Of a stretch of 64,000 bases of DNA, positions 19,333 through 28,567 are shown piece by piece (positions within the stretch are counted from its first letter, which is position 1; each line of letters begins with the position of its first letter). The notes beneath the pieces are model-generated. The model did no database searches. It saw only the letters and a list, made by a program, of their open reading frames with translations, and was not told where the DNA came from. The position numbers and the translations under genes were made by a program. This DNA comes from an uncultured Acidobacteriota bacterium (GTDB lineage Bacteria; Acidobacteriota; Thermoanaerobaculia; Gp7-AA8): positions 1,376,001-1,440,000 of the forward strand of contig CAVUKB010000005.1 of assembly GCA_963741955.1 (NCBI GenBank), read 5' to 3'.

Positions 19333-20231
19333 CGCCCGCCTTCCCACCGATCTTCGATTCTCGCGAGCTCCTTCGCCGCGGCTGCAACGCGCGGTCCCGG
19401 CCTCGAGAAGAGATCTTCGTCGACCGCGATGACTCCCCCCTCCCGCCGCCCCTTCGGGAGCATGCGACGGATCCTCGATCCACTGACGGAGCGGCCCGGA
19501 AAGAGCACCAGATCCGGCGGAGCGGAGAGAAGCACCTCCTGAGAGTACTGCGCCCACCCGTGGATGTCAGCGGCGGCATTTCTCCCCCCGGTCAACCGGA
19601 TCAGGTCATCCACGAACGTCCCTCCTCCTGCCACGAAGAGGGGATCGGTCGACGCGACGAAGAGGACCCGGGGAGGGTCGGGTCTCGATTGCGCGACCGA
19701 AGCGAGAGCGCGCCTCAACTGGTTGGCGACGCGAGGTCCGTCTCCGCATCGCATCGCCGCGCTCAGCTGCTCGATCGCCGGCGGGACGTCGTCGAGCCGA
19801 TCGGTTCGCACCAGCACCAGAGGTATCCCCGCCCGGCGGAGTTGACTCGCCAGTCCGGAGTAGTCCGCGCTGGTCGAGGCGAGAAGGAGATCAGGCCGCA
19901 ACGAGATGATCTTTTCGGCATTCGGCTCGAGCCCTCCGACCTTCGGCAGCGACCGCACCTCAGGTGGATAGTTCGAGAAATCGTCGGCTGCGATGACCCG
20001 TTCGCCGCATCCGAGGGCGTAGACGATCTCGGTCAGATTCGGCGCGAGCGTGATGATGCGACCTGCGGGACGCGAGTGGTGTTCGATCGGGGGAGCCGGA
20101 GATCCGCAGGCGAGAAGGATCAGAAGAAGTGAAGCGAGACTCCCTGCGAGTCGAAGGAAACCAGATCGGCTGAACGAAGCTGCAGTTCCGAGGCGGTGAC
20201 GGCGAATCGGAAGTGCCTTTGAAAACGGCAC
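19329..20231 (-). CDS. Helical-backbone substrate-binding lipoprotein, BtuF-like (start uncertain)
   Basis: Lipobox ILLAC, IITLAPNLTEIVYALG, NYPPEV, EKIISLRPDL, DLFSRPGPR. Confidence 0.85.
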   Translation of the reverse strand: MPFSKALPIRRHRLGTAASFSRSGFLRLAGSLASLLLILLACGSPAPPIEHHSRPAGRIITLAPNLTEIVYALGCGERVIAADDFSNYPPEVRSLPKVGGLEPNAEKIISLRPDLLLASTSADYSGLASQLRRAGIPLVLVRTDRLDDVPPAIEQLSAAMRCGDGPRVANQLRRALASVAQSRPDPPRVLFVASTDPLFVAGGGTFVDDLIRLTGGRNAAADIHGWAQYSQEVLLSAPPDLVLFPGRSVSGSRIRRMLPKGRREGGVIAVDEDLFSRPGPRVAAAAKELARIEDRWEGGR

Positions 20232-20257
20232 GACCTCTTCACTCCCGGACGATCCGG

Positions 20258-20488
20258 TCAGCTCTCGCCCTCGGATTCGTCCTCGAGGTCATTCCGGATA
20301 CCCAGCCGGTTGCATGCCGCTTCGTACATCTGTTTGGCGGCGTTGATGGCGCCCTGCAGTTCGGCGATACGCTCTTTGACTTTGGACAGCTCGTCTTCGA
20401 CCTGATCCTTCAGATCGTTGATCTCCTGTCGAGTCACCTGGAGCGTCGTCTCGTAGAACTTTCGTTGCTGGTCGGTCAGAACCGGCAT
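20258..20488 (-). CDS. Small coiled-coil hypothetical protein (76 aa)
   Basis: SD GGAG upstream, heptad pattern, acidic tail, fills the gap between the kinase gene and btuF. Confidence 0.7.
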   Translation of the reverse strand: MPVLTDQQRKFYETTLQVTRQEINDLKDQVEDELSKVKERIAELQGAINAAKQMYEAACNRLGIRNDLEDESEGES

Positions 20489-20544
20489 CAGTTTTCTCCC
20501 GAAGGTTTCGTGATTGCGGCTTCCATGGTCGAGGTTCGCGCGGA

Positions 20545-23517
20545 TTATAGCTTAAAGGGAATAGTGAAAGTCATGTGAGACTTGACGCGCACTCCGTCCT
20601 TGGTCGCCGGGCGGTACTTCGAGGTTCGCGCCGACTCGATCGCCGCGGCGTTGAGCAGTGGAACGCCCCGGAGAACCTTCACCTGCAGAGGGCGTCCGGT
20701 CTCGGAGACGAGCACCTGGAGCACCACGATTCCCTCCACTCCCATCCTTCTGGCAGCTGCCGGATAAGTGACGTTGCCTCGCTCCACGATCTGCGGAGGA
20801 TTCAACCCCGGCGTTCCGATGTCCACCAGATCGCCTTCTTTCACCGCGGGTGCCGGCGCGACGGTCTGAGTCACGGCCGGCCCTGGGGCCGGGGCTGCAG
20901 TTGCGGTCTCGACCGGCGCCGTCGATGCGGTGGTCGCCGTCGCCGGCGGTTCAGCCGATGTGGTCTGTCCCTGCGACGGACGGGGAGGAGCCTGCGACGT
21001 GGTCACTGCCGCTGGAGCCGGAGCCGTGGTCGCAGTGCGGGCCCGCTGGTCTGCCTCCGCCTGCTGTCGCTGCCTGTCGAGTCTCGCTCGCTCTTCCGCC
21101 AGTCTTCTCTGAACCTCGGCGTCGATCAGCGCGCGGTCACTTGCTCCAAGCTCCGTCGACGTTGCCGCATTCGCGACCGTGGCGGTCACCGGAACGGCAG
21201 TGCCGGTCGCCGCGGTCTCGGTCGGAACAGGAGCGGCATTCTGCGTCGAGGGCTGGACCGCCGGTACCGCAGTGGCAGAAGTCGTCGCCGCCGGGGCGGA
21301 CGTGGGCTGCGACGCGGTCGAGCGGCTGCGGAAGTAGAAGAATCCTCCCCCCGCGAGTCCCAGCACGATCACCACACCAGCGATCAGCGGCATCATCATG
21401 GACTTGCGTCCGCCGGCAGGCTGGGTTTCCGGAACCACCACCGGCTCGAACGCGCTCGCTGGCGTCGATTCGACTTTCGGCGCGACGATCCGCTCGATTC
21501 CCTGGGGTGTCGAGATCTCGATGGTGGGAGTCTGGGCAGCCGGGACAGCCGGCTCCTCGATGATCGGAGCCGCCATCGGAGGTTGCTCGCTGAACAGCCG
21601 GTGCATGTAGATCGCGAGATCCGCGCTGGTCGGCGTGGGCCTGAATCCATACAGGACCGCGTCGAGGTCGCGCGCCATTTCTGCAGCGGTCTGATATCTC
21701 CCTTCGGGCTCTTTCTGGAGAGCCTTCAACACGATCGCATCGACGTCGGGAGGAACCTCGTCGTTGATCGTGGAGGGAGCGACGACTTTCGCCTCACGGA
21801 CCTGATCGAGAATCGAGATCTCGTTTTCTCCGGTGAAGAGTTTCCTCCCCGTCAGCATCTCGAACAGCACGGTCGCCAACGCGAAGATGTCGCTCCGGCG
21901 GTCGATCGGACGGCCCCACGCCTGCTCGGGCGACATGTACTGAAGCTTTCCCTTCAGCGCGCCCGCCTGGGTGTGAGAGGCCTTCGATGCAGCCTTGGCG
22001 ATGCCGAAATCGCAAAGCTTGATGTCGCCTTCGTGCGAGATCAGAACATTCTGTGGAGAGACGTCGCGATGAACGAGACCCATCTCCCGATCCTGCATGT
22101 CACGTTTGCGATGTGCGTAGTCGAGCGCCGCCGCGACCTTCGACGCGACGAACACCGAGAGCTCCAGCGGGATCGGGTGACTCCGCTCGTCGCCCTGCCG
22201 GAGAATCGTCTTCAGATCGCAGCCTTCGATGTACTCCATCGCGATGTAGTACGAGCTGGCGATCTTCCCGAGATCATAGATGTGGATGATGTTGTTGTGG
22301 TTCAGCTGCGCAGCGAGCTTGGCCTCGTCGATGAACATCTCGACGAATTCCTGGTTGTCCGACAGATGCGGCAGGATCTTCTTGATCGCTACGATCTTCT
22401 CGAATCCCTCCACCCCTCGCATCCGGGCCTTCCACACCTCGGCCATACCGCCGGTCGCGATCTTCTCGATCAGTACGTACTGCCCGAACTGAATTCCGTC
22501 TTCTACGGCGGGTGCGGATTCCTTCACCTCCGCCAGAGGGACCATGACCGTCGGCGCCGCTTCCGCCTCGGCCGGAGGCGGAGCCACCGCGTGCGGCGAC
22601 GGCTCGTCCGCCATCGGAAAAGGAGCGACATCCGCTTCGGAGGGAAACGGCTCGGGCTCCGGCTCTTCCGCCACGGGAGCGGGAGGAGCGGTGGCGACCG
22701 GTGCCGCGTGCTCCGCCGGAAGCGGCTCAGGCTCCGGGAGTGATGCAGCAGGGGAATCGACGGGACCCGCTTCCCCATGAGGTCTCGGCCGGCCTGACCT
22801 CTCCAGCCCGGAGAGCGTGCTCTCGAGAAGCTTGTCGAATTCTGCAGACGCGTTCTTCGACCGACTCGGAGACGCGGAGGGAGGAATCGGCGTCTCGGCT
22901 GTCGGTTCCGGTTTCTTGCGAGCGGAAGCCTTCACCCCTGCCAGCGTGTCGGCGAGAATCTTGTCGAGCTCGTCCGCACCGATCCGTACGGTTCGAGCCG
23001 GCTCTGCTGGTTTGTCCTTCTCTTTCATCTCGGCCATCAGATCCTTCGTATTCAACTGAACAGTCGCTTCGGGTGCAGGCGGCGGCGCGCCGGGCGAAAC
23101 TGCCGGAGCGGGCCCGGCGGAGGTCGCCTGAACCTCCGGCTGCGGAGTGTCCCCGAGAATCTGTTGAACCTTCTGAAGAAACTCTGCCTCGTTGTACGGT
23201 TTTGGCAGAATGTCGGAAGCCCCGAGCCGCTGCGCATCCGTGGAGGGACTCTTTCCGGCATATCCGGAAACGGTCAGGAGAATCGGCGTGCGCTTGAACT
23301 CACTCCGGCCGCGGATGACGCGAATCAACTCCGCGGTGGTGACCTTCGGAATGATCGATGAGAGCACGATCAGTTCCGGCGTGCGCGACTCGAGAGCGGA
23401 AAGCGCCTCTTCGCCGTCTTTGGCGAAACGGGGGACGAAGACCCGCCCGTTGAGCGCATTTTTCACTCGCTCCGTGTAACGAGGTTCGTACTCGACTACC
23501 AGAATGTCTTGAGGCAT
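20545..23517 (-). CDS. Pseudo-receiver / Hanks Ser-Thr kinase / TM / TonB C-terminal fusion protein
   Basis: REC fold (ILVVEY..PELIVLS..LPKP), kinase IATGGMAEV, VAIKK, HRDVSPQN, DFGIAK, YMSPEQ, TM LIAGVVIVLGLAGGGFFYF, TonB_C YPAAARRMGVEGIVVLQVLV. Confidence 0.88.
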   Translation of the reverse strand: MPQDILVVEYEPRYTERVKNALNGRVFVPRFAKDGEEALSALESRTPELIVLSSIIPKVTTAELIRVIRGRSEFKRTPILLTVSGYAGKSPSTDAQRLGASDILPKPYNEAEFLQKVQQILGDTPQPEVQATSAGPAPAVSPGAPPPAPEATVQLNTKDLMAEMKEKDKPAEPARTVRIGADELDKILADTLAGVKASARKKPEPTAETPIPPSASPSRSKNASAEFDKLLESTLSGLERSGRPRPHGEAGPVDSPAASLPEPEPLPAEHAAPVATAPPAPVAEEPEPEPFPSEADVAPFPMADEPSPHAVAPPPAEAEAAPTVMVPLAEVKESAPAVEDGIQFGQYVLIEKIATGGMAEVWKARMRGVEGFEKIVAIKKILPHLSDNQEFVEMFIDEAKLAAQLNHNNIIHIYDLGKIASSYYIAMEYIEGCDLKTILRQGDERSHPIPLELSVFVASKVAAALDYAHRKRDMQDREMGLVHRDVSPQNVLISHEGDIKLCDFGIAKAASKASHTQAGALKGKLQYMSPEQAWGRPIDRRSDIFALATVLFEMLTGRKLFTGENEISILDQVREAKVVAPSTINDEVPPDVDAIVLKALQKEPEGRYQTAAEMARDLDAVLYGFRPTPTSADLAIYMHRLFSEQPPMAAPIIEEPAVPAAQTPTIEISTPQGIERIVAPKVESTPASAFEPVVVPETQPAGGRKSMMMPLIAGVVIVLGLAGGGFFYFRSRSTASQPTSAPAATTSATAVPAVQPSTQNAAPVPTETAATGTAVPVTATVANAATSTELGASDRALIDAEVQRRLAEERARLDRQRQQAEADQRARTATTAPAPAAVTTSQAPPRPSQGQTTSAEPPATATTASTAPVETATAAPAPGPAVTQTVAPAPAVKEGDLVDIGTPGLNPPQIVERGNVTYPAAARRMGVEGIVVLQVLVSETGRPLQVKVLRGVPLLNAAAIESARTSKYRPATKDGVRVKSHMTFTIPFKL

Positions 23518-23827
23518 GGGTCTTTTTTTTCGAAGTGGAAAGTTATCTTATTTTTGCATACGAGGGAGAGGGCGTCAATCAAATGAGGAACGGTGACCTC
23601 TTCGAATCCAGTCTTCTCGCGCCACCGAGCCCGTCGCGCCCCCACGAGAAATTCACTTGCGCGTCCGCGGCAGACTTCCGCTATACTACCCCCGCACCTC
23701 GTGCACGGATTTTGATGAGCATCACCAACCGGGCGTCGAGTTCACCAACTCCGCTGTGACTCATCAGAAGCTCCCAGGAACTGAGCCCTTCGCTCCGCGT
23801 GAGTGAACTGGCATTGCGAAAAACCGG

Positions 23828-25165
23828 ATGACTTCAGAAGATCGAGACCGAAAAAGGCGCCGCCGCAGACGCCGTTCGCGGCCGGGCGCGTCCCCGAAGC
23901 AGGGGAACGCGGCACCACCGGCTGAGAACGGGGGAAACCAGCGAAGCGAACAGACCGCTCCCGCGGAGGCCAAACCGGGAGGGCGCCGTAAACGCTCCCG
24001 CCGGCGCCGCCGCTCCGACGGACACCAGGCACCTGCACAGGGACAGCCGCGCGAAACCACGAGCGGCGAACCCGTCGAGGTCACCGGGATCCTCCACATC
24101 AAACCGAACGGAGGAGGCGTCCTGGTCTCGCCGCAGAACGACTACGTCCCGCAGCCGGGCGACGCGATCGTACCGCGGCCGATGGTGGACCGGCAGCGTC
24201 TTCTGGCCGGGCTGAAGATCTCGGGGACCGCCCGCCGCGGTGGCAACAACACCGAGCTCACTTCGATCGAAAAGATCGAGGACATGCCGGTCGAGCAGTA
24301 CTGGGAGTCGCGCCGGGCATTTTCCGACCTGATCTCCATCGATCCCCACGAAATGCTACGCCTGGAGACCGACGCCGAGAGGCTCTCGAACCGGGTGCTC
24401 GATCTCCTCTCGCCGATCGGAAAAGGGCAGCGATGCCTGATCGTCGCACCACCCAAGGCAGGCAAGACCACTCTGCTGAAAGACATCGCGGCAGGCGTCA
24501 CGAAGAACAACCCGGAAGTCATCCTGATGGTTCTTCTCGTCGACGAACGTCCGGAGGAAGTCACGGACATGCGGCGGAGCGTCCGGGGAGAAGTGATCGC
24601 CTCGAGCTCCGACCAGTCGGCGGAGAATCACATCCTGATCGCCGAGATCCTCATCGAAAGGGCCCGGCGGCTGGTGGAGCTCAAGCACGACGTCGTGATT
24701 CTCTGTGATTCGATCACCCGGATGTCGCGGGCGTACAACAACGAACAGAAGAGCAGCGGGCGGATCATGTCCGGGGGCATCGACGCCCGGACCATGGAAA
24801 AGCCGCGGCGGTTCTTCGGATCCGCCCGAAACGCCGAGGACTGGGGCTCGCTGACCATCGTCGCCACTGCCCTGGTCGATACCGGATCGAGGATGGACGA
24901 AGTGATCTTCCAGGAGTTCAAGGGGACGGGCAACACCGAGATCGTTCTCGACCGCGGACTGTTCGAGCGTCGGATCTTTCCAGCGATCAACGTCGCCCAG
25001 ACCGGGACGCGGAAGGAGGAAAAACTCCTCTCCGCCGAGCAGTTGCCGAAGGTCTACACACTCCGGCGGGCGCTGGCCGGTACCGATCCGATGAACGCGA
25101 TGAAGATGCTCCTCGAGCGACTCCAGAAGTTCCCGTCGAACGAGGCGTTTCTCAAGAGTTTCTGA
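23828..25165 (+). CDS. rho: Transcription termination factor Rho with an Arg-rich N-terminal extension
   Basis: PIGKGQR, APPKAGKT, DERPEEVTD, DSITR, TALVDTGSRMDEVIFQEFKGTGN, GTRKEE. Confidence 0.96.
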   Translation: MTSEDRDRKRRRRRRRSRPGASPKQGNAAPPAENGGNQRSEQTAPAEAKPGGRRKRSRRRRRSDGHQAPAQGQPRETTSGEPVEVTGILHIKPNGGGVLVSPQNDYVPQPGDAIVPRPMVDRQRLLAGLKISGTARRGGNNTELTSIEKIEDMPVEQYWESRRAFSDLISIDPHEMLRLETDAERLSNRVLDLLSPIGKGQRCLIVAPPKAGKTTLLKDIAAGVTKNNPEVILMVLLVDERPEEVTDMRRSVRGEVIASSSDQSAENHILIAEILIERARRLVELKHDVVILCDSITRMSRAYNNEQKSSGRIMSGGIDARTMEKPRRFFGSARNAEDWGSLTIVATALVDTGSRMDEVIFQEFKGTGNTEIVLDRGLFERRIFPAINVAQTGTRKEEKLLSAEQLPKVYTLRRALAGTDPMNAMKMLLERLQKFPSNEAFLKSF

Positions 25166-25213
25166 GCCACAGATGCTTCACGCGGATTTCACGTTTTCTC
25201 TGCTGTCAATCCT

Positions 25214-25242
25214 TTGACTAAACCGTCCGGTTCGGGTAGCTT
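25214..25242 (+). promoter_or_regulatory. sigma-70 promoter of the TBDR gene
   Basis: TTGACT-17 bp-TAGCTT, SD GGAGG before ATG 25322. Confidence 0.6.
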
Positions 25243-25321
25243 TGCACGACCAAATTTGTCCAGTTCGGTCGAGTTTTCACGTCCACATCCAAAATTTTCA
25301 GGAACAGATTCAGGAGGATTT

Positions 25322-28300
25322 ATGTCCGGTCCAGGTCGCACATTCTTTGCTTGGACGCAAGGAAGCGCACGAAACGTCTTCCTCTGCCTCGCTCTGCTCG
25401 CGTGCGCATCGCTCGTGCAGGCACAGGTCACTACCGGAAGTCTCGCCGGTACGATCACCGCCCAAGACGGCAGCGCTCTCCCCGGCGTGACGATCGACGC
25501 GGTTCACGTTCCGACGGGAACCCACTACACCGCCGTGACCAACGGTTCGGGACGCTACACCATCCCGAACGTCCGCGTCGGCGGGCCTTACAAGGTCACC
25601 GGAACGCTCGAAGGTTTCCGGACCAGTGAAGTCGACAAGATCGACGTCAGTCTGGGTCGGACCACGGAGGTCGACCTGAAGATGGCTCTCGAGAGCGTCG
25701 CCGAGTCGATCACCGTGAGCGCGAATGTCGACGAGATCATCAATCCGGACCGGACCGGCTCGACGTCAGCGGTCTCCGAACAGCAGATCGAGTCTCTCCC
25801 CACGGTCAGCCGCAGTCTTCAGGACTTCGCCCGCACGAACCCGTATTTCACGGTCGACGCGCAGGACTCGTCCTCGACCCGGATGTACGTCGCAGGCAAG
25901 AACAACCGCTACAACACCATTCAGATCGACGGCGCAGTCGACAATGACCTGTTCGGTCTCGCCGACACCGGCACCCCGGGCGGTCAGGCCGACGTTCAGC
26001 CGATCTCGCTGGAAGCGATCCAGGAGCTCCAGCTCGTCGTCTCCCCGTACGACGTCCGTCAGGGCGGCTTCACCGGCGGCGGAATCAACGCGATCACCCG
26101 CTCGGGAACGAACGCCTACGAAGGTTCCGCCTTCTACTCGAAGCGCGACCAGCAGTTCGTCGGTGACGGGCCGTACAACCGTCCGATCAGCGACTTCACC
26201 TCCAATCAGTACGGCGGCCGCTTCGGCGGACCGATCCTCCGCGACAAGCTCTTCTTCTTCGTCACCGGCGAGCACAACGACCGCAGCGAGCCGACCGGCT
26301 GGTCCGCCGAGCCGGGCAACATCACCATCAACCCGGCCATCGCTGCGGAAGCCGCCGCGGCCAAGCAGATTGCCATCGATAAGTACGGATACGATCCGGG
26401 CTCGCTCGGCGACACTCCTGCGAAGCGCGACAGCAACAACTACTTCGGCCGTTTCGACTGGAACATCGGGAACTCCAGCCAGCTGACTCTCCGGCACAAC
26501 TACGTCGAGGGTACCCGCGACGCGACGTCCGGCGGCTACACCTTCTTCTACTTCCCGACCTCGTACTACGCGTTCAACGACAAGACGAATTCGACCGTCG
26601 CGCAGCTCAACAGCGTCTTCGGCCCGAACTCGTACAACGAGGCCCGCCTCGGTTATCAGACCATCCGCGACAAACGCGCGGTCCCGATCGAGTTTCCTTC
26701 GGTCGAGATCGGCGGCGCGCCTCGCCGCGGCGAGGTGACCCTCGGCACCGAGCGTTTCTCCGGCGCCAACTCTCTCGACCAGGACATCCTCGAAGTCACT
26801 GACGACTTCACTCTGGTCCACGGCAATCACACCATCACCGTGGGAACGCACAACGAGTTCTTCTCGTTCAAGAACCTCTTCATGTCCGATGCGTTCGGCT
26901 ATTACTTCTTCCCGACGCTGGAAGATTTCGCGGCAGGAACGCCGACCCAGTACAGCCTCACCTACGCTCCCGGCAGCGATCCTCGCCGCGCCACGACGTT
27001 CGACGTGTCGCAGTACGGTCTCTACGCGAGCGACCAGTGGCGCGTCTCTCCGAACGTGAACCTCGTGTTCGGTCTCCGGGGCGACATGCCCAGCTTCCCC
27101 GACACTCCGTCGTTCAACCCGATCGTCTCGGAAGCCATCGGCTACAGCACCGCGCAGACTCCGGCCGAAGATGTGGTGTGGTCGCCACGGCTCGGATTCA
27201 ACTGGGATCCGAGCGGCGCCGGCAAGCAGCAACTCCGAGGCGGCATCGGCATCTTCGCCGGCCGTACGCCCTACGTCTGGGTCTCCAACGCATACGGCGA
27301 CACCGGCGTGGAGCAGATCGCGGTGAGCTGTGTGGCGCCGAACTGCACCCCGCAGTTCGTCACCGATCCGAACGCCCAGCCGACAAACTTCCCCTCCGGT
27401 GGCGGCGCGATCTCGGTCGATCTGATCGATCCGAACTTCCAGTTTCCGCGCGTGATGCGCAGCACCCTCGGCTACGACCGTGAGCTTCCGTGGGGAATCC
27501 GCGGCACGGCCGAAGTGGTCTACAGCAAGAACCTCGAGGACGTCTACTACGAGAACGTGAACAAAGTGCAGACCGGCACGAGCCCGCTCGACGGCCGGCC
27601 GACGTACTCGAACATCAGCAGCCAGGTTCGCGACGCGATTCTTCTCACCAACACCAGCAAGGGCTACCAGACCATGGAGTCGTTGCAGTTGAACAAGCGT
27701 TTCGGCCACGGCTTCACGCTGGCCACGTCGTACGCGCACCAGAACGCGAAGTCGGCCTTCGACGGAACGTCCAGCCGCGCGATCTCCAACTGGCAGTACC
27801 ACCACACCCAGGGCGACATCTTCGATCCGAAGGTCTCGCGCTCGGCGTTCGAGACGACGCACCGGTTCAACCTTTCCGCGTCGTACAACGTCCGGACCGG
27901 TCCTTTCGACCACACCATCGCCCTCTACTACAACGCGCAGTCCGGGCGACCGTACTCGCTCCTGTTCGGCACGGACGTCAACAAGGATGGATACTCGACC
28001 AACGACCTGCTGTACGTTCCCGGTTCGGCGGACGAGATCATCCTTCAGAACGCCAGCCGGCAGCCGATCGACTACTCGGTCCTCGCGGACTTCCTCAAGA
28101 GCGCAGGGATCGACCCGACCGCCGGACGGATTCTCAACCGGTACGAGTCGACCGAGCCGTGGGTCCGTCAGCTCGACTTTCACTACGAGCTCGGCCTTCC
28201 GGCCTTCACCGGTGTGCGTACCAGCATTACCGCTGACGTCCTGAACCTGCTCAACATGTTCGACAAGAATTCGGGCGTGGTCCGCTACGTCTCGAACCAG

Positions 28301-28459
28301 AACTATCTGCCGGTCTACTACCAGGGCATCGACTCTGCGACCGGTAAGCCGATCTATCGCGAACGGTTCAACGGCGCGCTCGATCCGGGTGCCCAGTTCA
28401 GCACCGCGGACGTTCGCTCCCGCTGGCAGGCACGCCTCGGGCTGCGCGTCACCTTCTGA
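25322..28459 (+). CDS. TonB-dependent receptor, Oar-like, with N-terminal carboxypeptidase-regulatory-like domain
   Basis: Signal peptide, LPGVTI..TNGSGRY..GGPY, IDGAVDND.FG, GGFTGGGINAITRSGTN, SPRLGFNWD, C-terminal LRVTF. Confidence 0.92.
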   Translation: MSGPGRTFFAWTQGSARNVFLCLALLACASLVQAQVTTGSLAGTITAQDGSALPGVTIDAVHVPTGTHYTAVTNGSGRYTIPNVRVGGPYKVTGTLEGFRTSEVDKIDVSLGRTTEVDLKMALESVAESITVSANVDEIINPDRTGSTSAVSEQQIESLPTVSRSLQDFARTNPYFTVDAQDSSSTRMYVAGKNNRYNTIQIDGAVDNDLFGLADTGTPGGQADVQPISLEAIQELQLVVSPYDVRQGGFTGGGINAITRSGTNAYEGSAFYSKRDQQFVGDGPYNRPISDFTSNQYGGRFGGPILRDKLFFFVTGEHNDRSEPTGWSAEPGNITINPAIAAEAAAAKQIAIDKYGYDPGSLGDTPAKRDSNNYFGRFDWNIGNSSQLTLRHNYVEGTRDATSGGYTFFYFPTSYYAFNDKTNSTVAQLNSVFGPNSYNEARLGYQTIRDKRAVPIEFPSVEIGGAPRRGEVTLGTERFSGANSLDQDILEVTDDFTLVHGNHTITVGTHNEFFSFKNLFMSDAFGYYFFPTLEDFAAGTPTQYSLTYAPGSDPRRATTFDVSQYGLYASDQWRVSPNVNLVFGLRGDMPSFPDTPSFNPIVSEAIGYSTAQTPAEDVVWSPRLGFNWDPSGAGKQQLRGGIGIFAGRTPYVWVSNAYGDTGVEQIAVSCVAPNCTPQFVTDPNAQPTNFPSGGGAISVDLIDPNFQFPRVMRSTLGYDRELPWGIRGTAEVVYSKNLEDVYYENVNKVQTGTSPLDGRPTYSNISSQVRDAILLTNTSKGYQTMESLQLNKRFGHGFTLATSYAHQNAKSAFDGTSSRAISNWQYHHTQGDIFDPKVSRSAFETTHRFNLSASYNVRTGPFDHTIALYYNAQSGRPYSLLFGTDVNKDGYSTNDLLYVPGSADEIILQNASRQPIDYSVLADFLKSAGIDPTAGRILNRYESTEPWVRQLDFHYELGLPAFTGVRTSITADVLNLLNMFDKNSGVVRYVSNQNYLPVYYQGIDSATGKPIYRERFNGALDPGAQFSTADVRSRWQARLGLRVTF

Positions 28460-28478
28460 TCGACGCGACTGCAGTCGG

Positions 28479-28508
28479 AAAGGGAGGGGCTCCGGCCCCT
28501 CCCTTTTT
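28479..28508 (+). terminator. Intrinsic terminator after the TBDR gene
   Basis: AAAGGGAGGGGC-TCCG-GCCCCTCCCTTTTT. Confidence 0.8.
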
Positions 28509-28567
28509 GTTTCCCTCCGATCCCGATATCATCGCCCGCGCGGCGCCGCCGCTCCTCGAGGCAAATC

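Noticed and set aside
18353-19579. 670-aa ABC ATPase fusion
   Set aside because: The extension overlaps the permease in another frame. The real start is the TGATG-coupled ATG at 18352.
20575-28183. Long antisense ORFs 20575..22743 and 25766..28183 (similarly 10540..12048, 12487..13938, 15976..17658, 53357..55042)
   Set aside because: Shadow frames caused by high-GC codon bias opposite well-supported genes, with no recognisable motifs.
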